From a virus, in IMG/VR virus record IMGVR_UViG_3300047089_000244, positions 105,967-169,966 of that record: a DNA stretch of 64,000 bases; one strand, 5' to 3'. The translations under genes and the position numbers were made by a program. The notes under the pieces are model-generated. The model saw nothing but the letters and a program-made list of their open reading frames with translations. It was not told the DNA's origin and did not search any database. Below are positions 40,236 to 46,733 of this stretch, in pieces. Within the stretch, counting starts at the first letter, position 1. Every line of letters starts with the position of its first letter.

Positions 40236-40579
40236 TGTAGTCGATAAGCCGGATTCTGTCGTTGGACGATCATCCTTCTCAGTGGCGTGCCGACTAGGCC
40301 CAACGACCCTTTGGCGCTTGAGCTAACCCGAGGTCTCACACGATTCCACTGGTCCCCATGTTACCGGGGACTGCTCCCACCAGCTAATGCCATAGGCAGA
40401 GCCCTTAGGCTTCGACACTTGGGATTGCATCTCTCGGCTTCGTATGCGGTCATAGCGGCCTAAGCCTCCCGCCATCCACGTCACCTATCCAGCACCCCTT
40501 GTGAGGGATCTGAGTTTCCCCAGACGAGATGTCCGGACTTTCCTCGGAGGGATCGGACCTCCGCGATCGTCTGACTACA
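40236..40579 (-). ncRNA. rnpB: RNase P RNA (divergent)
   Basis: CR-I GAGGAAAGUCCGG (40545-40533), CR-V ACAGAAUCCGGCUUAU (40259-40244), P1 UGUAGUC/GACUACA, P2 GACGAUC/GAUCGUC, P3 GGAGG/CCUCC, P5-like CAUCUC/GAGAUG-CAA. Confidence 0.92.
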
Positions 40580-40679
40580 GGATCATGATGGGATTCGAAC
40601 CCACACCTGGGCACTCGCCTCTGCCAATTGATCCACTTACAGAGTTCCGTACGCTTCTGCAAGCAGGCCCTACATGATC
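40580..40679 (-). ncRNA. tRNA-like RNA with acceptor and T arms only
   Basis: GATCATG/CATGATC and GTGGG-TTCGAAT-CCCAT; no canonical D or anticodon arm. Confidence 0.6.
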
Positions 40680-40827
40680 ACCAAGCTTTCTCAGTCGCAC
40701 CCTGACACAACTCGACCCGCCAGAGGCGGGCCGGAAGTGAGGGAACGACCCTCGAACGACTTTCAAGCACTTGTTATATAGCAGGAATCGAACCCGCTAA
40801 GGGATATCCTTAGATAATCTTTAGAAA

Positions 40828-40917
40828 CGGTACCGTGGGGATTCGAACCCAACCGCCTCGTTAGAGCGATTTCCCGCTTGAAAGGCGTTCTGCACTCCAA
40901 AGTGCTTTCATGGTACC
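40828..40917 (-). tRNA. allo-tRNA/tRNA-Sec-like fold, anticodon TTC
   Basis: 9-bp acceptor with one mismatch, 3-bp T stem, GCACT-TTGG-AGTGC D arm, long V arm, G73. Confidence 0.5.
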
Positions 40918-40934
40918 CTGTGGTCGAACAGGTG

Positions 40935-41297
40935 TCAAGAGCCGTGTGTACGCTCCCGGTGGCAGTTCGAGCAAACGACCTCGCACTTGTCGATCTCCTC
41001 CTGGATAACTTCCAGGCGATATCGTTGTGCTACGAGCCAATTGACACTGCCAAACTTCTCCCCACGTACATGATCGAAGTCCATGACGTAGGGCGGATAC
41101 TGGACCCCGCAGTCGGCACAAGGAACTTCCTTTTGCGCGTTGATGTGCGCCATGATCTCAGCACGTTTGTTTGCCGCCCAGGTGTTGCGCTTGATCTTCC
41201 ACTCGGATAGCTGGTGCTCCGCGAGGTAGCGATCCTTGTTGCGCTGGTAACTCCGTTGTTGAGCGGCGCGCTGCTTGCCTTTGTCCTTGTACGGCAT
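40935..41297 (-). CDS. HNH endonuclease
   Basis: CADC...MDFDH...KCEVVCSNCHRERT. Confidence 0.9.
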   Translation of the reverse strand: MPYKDKGKQRAAQQRSYQRNKDRYLAEHQLSEWKIKRNTWAANKRAEIMAHINAQKEVPCADCGVQYPPYVMDFDHVRGEKFGSVNWLVAQRYRLEVIQEEIDKCEVVCSNCHRERTHGS

Positions 41298-41329
41298 GCA
41301 CATTACACACCAGGATGGGTTCACTTCCA

Positions 41330-41402
41330 AGCAGCAGATGGGACTCGAACCCACAACCTCCACCTTGGCAAGGTGGCGCTCTAGCCATTGAGCTACTACT
41401 GC
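41330..41402 (-). tRNA. tRNA-Gly (GCC)
   Basis: Full cloverleaf. Confidence 0.92.
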
Positions 41403-41606
41403 GCGTGCGACTCGTTTCTTCGCGAGGAGAGTCACCATCCCCGTCCATTTTTATCCGCCCTACGCTTCGCTTGTCCCCGGAGGGGCGGGTTTCAAACCGC
41501 GCTTATCGTGTATATGGGCCTTCTACGAAGTGAGTAGCTCATCACGAACGGGACGCGCGAAGGTCGTCGTGAACTTCCTCCAGCAATGACCGCATTATGA
41601 GCTAAG

Positions 41607-41631
41607 TCCCCCGTGCTGGAGTCGAACCAGC
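41607..41631 (-). pseudogene. tRNA 3' remnant (T arm plus acceptor strand), Arg-like
   Basis: GCTGGTTCGACTCCAGCACGGGGGA, near-copy of the 3' end of the tRNA at 42108. Confidence 0.6.
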
Positions 41632-41634
41632 CTA

Positions 41635-42189
41635 CTATGAGCTTCCACGATGCCATCTCATTGTAAGTCCAGGCACCGAAGAAATGCAAGCTCGCCAGTA
41701 ACCACCCACAAAGGCCGTTCGTTTCCGATGGCAGTTCGAACAGAGCACATCGCACTTGGCAATCTCAGTTTCTATCGTTGGCACATCGTAACCTGATGCA
41801 GTCATGTCAGACACCGCAGCAACCTTCTGACTGGGGTCGCGATGATCAAAGTCAAGCACAACCGGATCAGACTCGCCACAATTGATACAGGGATGCTTTT
41901 GAAGGTAGTCCCAAATCCATGCTTGCGCGCGCTCCTGAACAATCCTTTTGCGAGCTTTCGTCCTTGCTTTGATACGATCCTTGTTCCGTAAATAGTGCGC
42001 GTCTGAAACGATCTTCTGACATGCTTTACAGTGAGCTTGATGTTTGTCGCCTTTGGTAGCAAACTCTTTGAGTGGCTTCTCAAGTTCGCATTTACCGCAG
42101 ATCTTAGTCCCCCCGGCTGGAATCGAACCAGCGACGGTCGTGGATTCGAAGTCCACCGCTCTGTCCTCTGAGCTACGAAGGGTTGTCAT
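41635..42189 (-). CDS. HNH endonuclease whose 5' end contains a tRNA gene in frame
   Basis: KICGKC...CKAC, CINCG...LDFDH...CDVLCSNCHRKRT; no in-frame start between tRNA and first CxxC. Confidence 0.75.
   Translation of the reverse strand: MTTLRSSEDRAVDFESTTVAGSIPAGGTKICGKCELEKPLKEFATKGDKHQAHCKACQKIVSDAHYLRNKDRIKARTKARKRIVQERAQAWIWDYLQKHPCINCGESDPVVLDFDHRDPSQKVAAVSDMTASGYDVPTIETEIAKCDVLCSNCHRKRTAFVGGYWRACISSVPGLTMRWHRGSS
42108..42182 (-). tRNA. tRNA-Arg (TCG)
   Basis: Full cloverleaf, 75 nt. Confidence 0.88.
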
Positions 42190-42218
42190 ACCTATTATCA
42201 TCGCGTATTGACTTCGAA

Positions 42219-42401
42219 TCAGGCATGAGGTTCGAAGTCCCACCAACGTCGCATAGTTTCAAGAGCGACCTCGGCAATATCTCGATATTCGTCACGGACC
42301 TCTTCGTGCGCTTCGAGCCAAGGTATAGCTCGCGCAGAAAAGTCTTTCTCCTCAGCCTCATAAATGGCTTGAGCTACTCGCTCTATCAATTTCGTCTCCA
42401 T
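42219..42401 (-). CDS. Small hypothetical protein
   Basis: IERVAQAIYE...W......RDEYRDIA..AL pattern typical of small phage proteins. Confidence 0.6.
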   Translation of the reverse strand: METKLIERVAQAIYEAEEKDFSARAIPWLEAHEEVRDEYRDIAEVALETMRRWWDFEPHA

Positions 42402-42442
42402 TTAGATTCGAAGTCTCAGGTCCTCATCCGTAGGACAGGGGA
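42402..42442 (-). pseudogene. tRNA-Arg(TCG) 5' half remnant
   Basis: TCCCCTG, D-like GTCC..GGAC, loop CTTCGAA; no T arm. Confidence 0.45.
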
Positions 42443-42444
42443 AG

Positions 42445-42520
42445 GACTCCTGGCTGTTTGCGACAGCATCTCCCACTTAAAAGGCGGGGCTCTATTGCAG
42501 GCACTTTGAGCTACAGGAGG
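42445..42520 (-). tRNA. Atypical tRNA-Lys (TTT)
   Basis: Loop CTTTTAA; 15-nt D loop; T arm GCTGT-CGCAA-ACAGC lacks TTC. Confidence 0.55.
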
Positions 42521-42522
42521 AG

Positions 42523-42595
42523 TGGGTCGTCCCGGACTCGAACCGGGAATTGTCTCCTTAAGAGGGAGGTGCTCTTACCATTTAGCTAACGACCC
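42523..42595 (-). tRNA. tRNA-Lys (CTT)
   Basis: Full cloverleaf. Confidence 0.9.
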
Positions 42596-42704
42596 AAAAA
42601 CCCCGGCTCTCACGGTCACGCACACGAGCCGCTTATCAGGCGACGCTCGCATACCATCCCGGTTCCACCGGGTCTGGGAACCGCATTTCGGTTCCGAGGC
42701 TTAG

Positions 42705-42777
42705 TCCCCTTGACTGGATTTGAACCAGTGACTTCCTCCTTCGCAGGGAGGCACTCTATCCACTGAGCTACAAGGAG
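42705..42777 (-). tRNA. tRNA-Arg (GCG)
   Basis: Loop CTGCGAA, A20. Confidence 0.9.
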
Positions 42778-42844
42778 AGGTAAAGCGAGTATTTAGCGCC
42801 CTCGCTCACGGCTGTCTCTAGCATGGCCAATGGCCAAAGCCAGA

Positions 42845-43450
42845 TCATCTTGAAAACTTGTTTTCCTGCCAATCATGCAAGAGCGTATACTCATACGAGC
42901 TTGGATCACCACCGATAATCAAATCAAAGAGGACTGGTCTTACGTCCTTCAAGCTTTCGATCAGATGGTCAGCAATATCGCACTCCGCCTTTGTGAGATA
43001 TGGAGCAATAGATTTGTTGCTCTGCCCGTCTCGGAGATGTAAGGCTCGGTGCCAGCCGATACAGGCCGGGATCGTGCAATAGGACCGAGGTGCATAGTTG
43101 ATGTAGTCCGGAAGCTCCAGCATCAACCAACGTGGCACAAAATGGTGCCGTGTGATGGCACCTTCGCAATCCTTCGGCTCGTCGTGGTAGCGACAAACTA
43201 AAGGGCGCTGCGTAGCTAGGGCGCGAGCCTTCTTCTGTTCGATGATCTTGTGCGGTATCAGTCCGCTATTGTGATTGAGTCGCCAGAGTACAGCACGGGT
43301 AGAGAGACGTTCATCAAGAAGATCATCGATCTCCGCGTCCTCCATTTCCGCAAGCACTTCTAGCTGCTCAACAGTAGCTTCTGAGTCATAGGAATCGAAC
43401 CAAAAGACCTCTCCCGTGACAGGATGTGTCCAGTCTCGTGCTCGTGACAT
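42845..43450 (-). CDS. Hypothetical protein with HNH-like motif
   Basis: C...C...TRHHFVP...C..WH..LH. Confidence 0.6.
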   Translation of the reverse strand: MSRARDWTHPVTGEVFWFDSYDSEATVEQLEVLAEMEDAEIDDLLDERLSTRAVLWRLNHNSGLIPHKIIEQKKARALATQRPLVCRYHDEPKDCEGAITRHHFVPRWLMLELPDYINYAPRSYCTIPACIGWHRALHLRDGQSNKSIAPYLTKAECDIADHLIESLKDVRPVLFDLIIGGDPSSYEYTLLHDWQENKFSR

Positions 43451-43487
43451 ACCTATAGTATACAGGGTATGTCAAGGTTCGAAAAAG

Positions 43488-43562
43488 TAGCCCGTGCGGG
43501 ATTCGAACCCGCGTTCACGCGGCCTGAGAAGCCGGTATCCTAAACCACTAGACCAACGGGCC
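43488..43562 (-). tRNA. tRNA-Glu (CTC)
   Basis: Full cloverleaf. Confidence 0.88.
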
Positions 43563-43623
43563 ATAAAGCTATCTGGGCGAGGTACGGATCTATTGAGAAT
43601 CCGCTGTCATTCCAGATAGCAAG

Positions 43624-43696
43624 TACTCCTCCCAGGACTCGAACCTGGAACCATTCGCATATAAGACGAAAGCTCTAACCATTGAGCTAGAGGAGC
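43624..43696 (-). tRNA. tRNA-Ile (TAT)
   Basis: Loop CTTATAT. Confidence 0.88.
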
Positions 43697-43706
43697 ATGC
43701 GGCCCC

Positions 43707-44066
43707 TCACAAGGAGGGACCGTTAATTGCTTCACAGGTGCTAGACAGCAAACGGGGCGTTTGTTCCTTGAACTTTTCGCCTCCGTAAGATGTTTCATTG
43801 TGAGACTGACTCGACCAGGTTATTTCACCACCCCGATACGGTTTTCTCTGATACCATTCTTCCCAGTACCACGGATACCGGCGGGCCGGGATGGGTACAG
43901 AATAGGGCTGAGGTACTGGCCTTGAAGCCAACTCCGCCTTGAGTAAACGAATACAGTCATCGGTTGTCGGGTCCTTGCCGTGACTATGCCACGAGAGCCC
44001 ACAAATAGAGCAAATCGTTGAAACGGCGATTGGCTCAGGTTTTGTTAATTTCTTTCGTGCTGCCAT
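43707..44066 (-). CDS. Hypothetical Zn-binding protein
   Basis: CSIC...H...C. Confidence 0.55.
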   Translation of the reverse strand: MAARKKLTKPEPIAVSTICSICGLSWHSHGKDPTTDDCIRLLKAELASRPVPQPYSVPIPARRYPWYWEEWYQRKPYRGGEITWSSQSHNETSYGGEKFKEQTPRLLSSTCEAINGPSL

Positions 44067-44301
44067 GATTTTCTACAGAGAGGCCCGAAGACATTTCACC
44101 GCGATTGACTCGTTTTTCGGTCATTCCACCCCAAACATGACCTCGTGCAGAATCGAGTGCTTTACCCGCTGACGAAGTGGTCATATTCAATGCTTGACCA
44201 ATCTGGGGAACCGTATTACCATCAAAGTACATCTTGAAGGCTTCGTATTCCGTCGCGTTGAGACAGTACACAGCTTCTATGTCTTGCCTCCCCATTTTCA
44301 T
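44035..44301 (-). CDS. Small HTH (sigma region 4/LuxR-like) protein
   Basis: LNATEYEAF...G.TVPQIGQALNMTTSSAGKAL; AGGAGG RBS. Confidence 0.6.
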   Translation of the reverse strand: MKMGRQDIEAVYCLNATEYEAFKMYFDGNTVPQIGQALNMTTSSAGKALDSARGHVWGGMTEKRVNRGEMSSGLSVENHGSTKEINKT

Positions 44302-44335
44302 CCTCCTTTAGGACGTTTTGGTTTGAGTACTACAG

Positions 44336-44408
44336 GGTGGCCAGAGGGAATCGAACCCTCATCGCCGGGATCACAACCCGGAGTTCTAACCGTTGAACTA
44401 TGGTCACC
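44336..44408 (-). tRNA. tRNA-His (GTG)
   Basis: G-1:C73; full cloverleaf. Confidence 0.92.
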
Positions 44409-44412
44409 ATGA

Positions 44413-44506
44413 TGCGCCAGAGAAGACGCGACCCTCCTGTCCTTCGGCTCGGGGGCCTGTGCTAGCACAACCCACTGTCCGCTGCTCCGCTCTGAGCTAC
44501 TGGCGC
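44413..44506 (-). ncRNA. tRNA-like RNA with elongated anticodon arm
   Basis: GCGCCAG/CTGGCGC-A and GCTC/GAGC D arm; long interrupted stem capped by CTAG; non-canonical T loop. Confidence 0.6.
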
Positions 44507-44507
44507 A

Positions 44508-44581
44508 TATCCCCTCTCGGATTCGAACCGAGACTGTACTGGGCTTAAACCAGTTCCCTCTGCCAGTTGGAGTAAGGGGAC
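44508..44581 (-). tRNA. tRNA-Leu (TAA), short variable loop
   Basis: Loop TTTAAGC. Confidence 0.82.
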
Positions 44582-44588
44582 AAGATAG

Positions 44589-44659
44589 ATGGAGAACAGG
44601 GATTCGAACCCCGATTGAGAGCTTCAAAGGCTCCGGTCTTGCCATTAGACGATTCTCCA
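44589..44659 (-). tRNA. tRNA-Gln (TTG)
   Basis: Full cloverleaf. Confidence 0.9.
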
Positions 44660-44736
44660 AAGTAATCGGCGCGGATATCCACGGGTTAGGGGGCGAGAAC
44701 CTAATCTCTTGCGCTAAACCGCCTTGTACCGATTAG

Positions 44737-44807
44737 CTGGAGAACAGGGACTCGAACCCCAATGACAACGCTCAGAACGTTGCATCTTGCCATTAGATGA
44801 TTCTCCA
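44737..44807 (-). tRNA. tRNA-Gln (CTG)
   Basis: Full cloverleaf. Confidence 0.9.
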
Positions 44808-44814
44808 AAGTACA

Positions 44815-44887
44815 TAGCAGACCCGAGAATCGAACTCGGCTCTCAAGCTTATGGGGCTCGAATGGTCGTCCAGACCACCTGTCTGCA
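44815..44887 (-). tRNA. tRNA-Met (CAT), 1:72 mismatch (initiator-like)
   Basis: Loop CCCATAA, U1.U72, 5-bp D stem. Confidence 0.7.
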
Positions 44888-44889
44888 AA

Positions 44890-44973
44890 TGCCCACCGGG
44901 AGATTCGAACTCCCACACCTTTTCAGATAGCGCCTTTTGAGGACGCCGCGTCTACCATTCCAGCCAGGTGGGC
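44890..44973 (-). tRNA. tRNA-Leu (CAA)
   Basis: Long V arm. Confidence 0.9.
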
Positions 44974-45040
44974 GTATTTATGATAATTGCCTTGTGCACG
45001 CGAGGCAAATTTTTCCGAGGCGGGACTTCCTTCCTCAGAA

Positions 45041-45112
45041 TTGGAATACTAGGACTCGAACCTAGAATACCACCGTATCAGAGTGGCGTGATAACCATTT
45101 CACTATATTCCA
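45041..45112 (-). tRNA. tRNA-Ile (GAT)
   Basis: Full cloverleaf. Confidence 0.88.
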
Positions 45113-45113
45113 G

Positions 45114-45185
45114 CGGATCTGAGAGGAATCGAACCTCTGACGCGCGGTTCTTCAAACCGCCGCTCTACCCCTGAGCTACAGATCC
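45114..45185 (-). tRNA. tRNA-Phe (GAA)
   Basis: Full cloverleaf. Confidence 0.92.
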
Positions 45186-45189
45186 AGGG

Positions 45190-45441
45190 TTACTTCTTGA
45201 CACGAGTAATCTCCTCAAGGTCGTCATAAAGCTTAGGTAGGTTCTCCTCGAACGCACACTCTAAGCATTTGCCAATCTTGGGCAAAGCTCTCTTTGTACA
45301 ACCCGATTCACTACAAACGCCGGGCCTCATGAATTGTGGGATGTTAATATCTTCTTCATTCATTTTGCGTATCCTGAAAAGGTAAAAAAGTAAGATAGCC
45401 CCTCCTAGAAGGAGCCCTTGTTTCATATACCCAGTCATCAC
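45190..45441 (-). CDS. Small membrane-anchored Zn-binding protein
   Basis: TM segment then C4 motif. Confidence 0.5.
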   Translation of the reverse strand: MMTGYMKQGLLLGGAILLFYLFRIRKMNEEDINIPQFMRPGVCSESGCTKRALPKIGKCLECAFEENLPKLYDDLEEITRVKK

Positions 45442-45473
45442 TCGTTATACAACGGGTGATGCAAGAAAATGAG

Positions 45474-45492
45474 CGGAAGGTGAAGGAGTCAA
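45474..45492 (-). pseudogene. tRNA-Ser-like 3' remnant
   Basis: GACTCCTTCACCTTCCG overlapping the HNH stop. Confidence 0.45.
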
Positions 45493-45845
45493 GGATTAGG
45501 AGAACGACTACTATTGCAACGCAAGTGAGAGAAAGCAATGTTCTCCATATCCCAAAACAAATCCGCATCGACACCCAACCAAGATTGCTTATGCTCAATA
45601 CTTAAATCAGATTCATTCTCAATGATCCCTCCGCAATGAAAGCAAACATTCCGATCGGTATCACAAACGAGCATAAAAAGAACCTTCTTGCGCAATCTAT
45701 GCGCTGCGGTGCCCCATGGCATACCCAACTGTTCCGCCTTCTTCAGGTGGCTTTTCGACGGAATCACCGTCCCGTCAGCCTTACGTTCCTTGTAACGACG
45801 TGCATTATATTTACGCACGGCCTCTTTATCCCTGGATACGGGCAT
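45489..45845 (-). CDS. HNH endonuclease
   Basis: CFHCG...LSIEH.....ENIAFSHLRCN. Confidence 0.85.
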   Translation of the reverse strand: MPVSRDKEAVRKYNARRYKERKADGTVIPSKSHLKKAEQLGMPWGTAAHRLRKKVLFMLVCDTDRNVCFHCGGIIENESDLSIEHKQSWLGVDADLFWDMENIAFSHLRCNSSRSPNP

Positions 45846-45864
45846 ACGGAATAGTATATCATAA

Positions 45865-45948
45865 CGGAAGCGTAGAGAGTCGAACTCTAGAGGGCTCATC
45901 ACCCCAGGCGGGTTCAAACCGCTGTCCTCAGCCAACCGGATCACTTCC
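45865..45948 (-). tRNA. tRNA-Ser (TGA)
   Basis: Long V arm, G73. Confidence 0.82.
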
Positions 45949-46006
45949 AAGGGGGTCCGTCCGAGAGCCTTGTTCAGGCCGGGGACGGCTGCCCCGTTGA
46001 GTTGAG

Positions 46007-46077
46007 ACGCGACGGCGAGAATTGAACTCGCGTAGGCGGGTTTGCAATCCGCTGGATGGCCTCTATCCTACGTCGCG
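46007..46077 (-). tRNA. tRNA-Cys (GCA)
   Basis: U73; full cloverleaf. Confidence 0.88.
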
Positions 46078-46083
46078 ATGAAG

Positions 46084-46154
46084 CTGGAAGGCTCGGACTC
46101 GAACCGAGAATACCTGGTTAACGGCCAGGTGTGATGCCATTTCACTACCAACCA
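46084..46154 (-). tRNA. tRNA-Asn (GTT)
   Basis: Loop CCGTTAA; two U.U in acceptor. Confidence 0.8.
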
Positions 46155-46313
46155 ATGTTGTACTGGTACGCCTCGGCTACTTATTGTCGGTTTCGTGTAG
46201 GTACGAGATCCGAGTTGACCGACCTCTCGGTCGAGCTATCGACTTACCACCCGTCACCCGTGTACACATCCAGCTTGGGCCGGGAATGACCTACGACCAG
46301 TACGGTACTACAG

Positions 46314-46399
46314 CGGAAGGGGTGGGATTCGAACCCACGGTGGCTCTCGCCACACTGCCTTAGCGGGGCAGCACAATAATCCATCTCTGCCACCCTTCC
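46314..46399 (-). tRNA. tRNA-Ser (GCT)
   Basis: Long V arm; loop CCGCTAA. Confidence 0.9.
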
Positions 46400-46482
46400 A
46401 GGTGCGCCAGTGTCAGTTGATCCATAGCCTGGCGCATCCACAGTTATGGCCGCTTGCTTTCCCTGCATGCTGGTACTTGCAA

Positions 46483-46557
46483 AGCCCCTAGCGGGATTCG
46501 AACCCACGCAGTGCATCGCTTAGGAAGCGACCGCTCTATCCTCTGAGCTATAAGGGC
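46483..46557 (-). tRNA. tRNA-Arg (CCT)
   Basis: Full cloverleaf. Confidence 0.9.
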
Positions 46558-46733
46558 ATACTATCGGCGAGGGAAACGAGGAGCACCCGTATCTTTAGTA
46601 ATTGACTTAAAGATTTTCGCCACAAATGTTAAAACTATAAATAGCCAAAGAAAATAGAACACTAGGCATGTGATACCTACTATTAGTAGTATCAAAAAAG
46701 CGACATGTTTTCCTTTGGTTGGGGTGCAAAAAG

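Noticed and set aside
40828-40917. Functional tRNA-Sec (UCA) or opal suppressor
   Set aside because: Centring TCA in a 7-nt loop breaks the stem; the pairable register gives TTC; no selA/selB in window
45951-46480. SRP (4.5S) RNA
   Set aside because: Hairpins lack the CAGG-x-GNRA-x-AGCA domain IV motif
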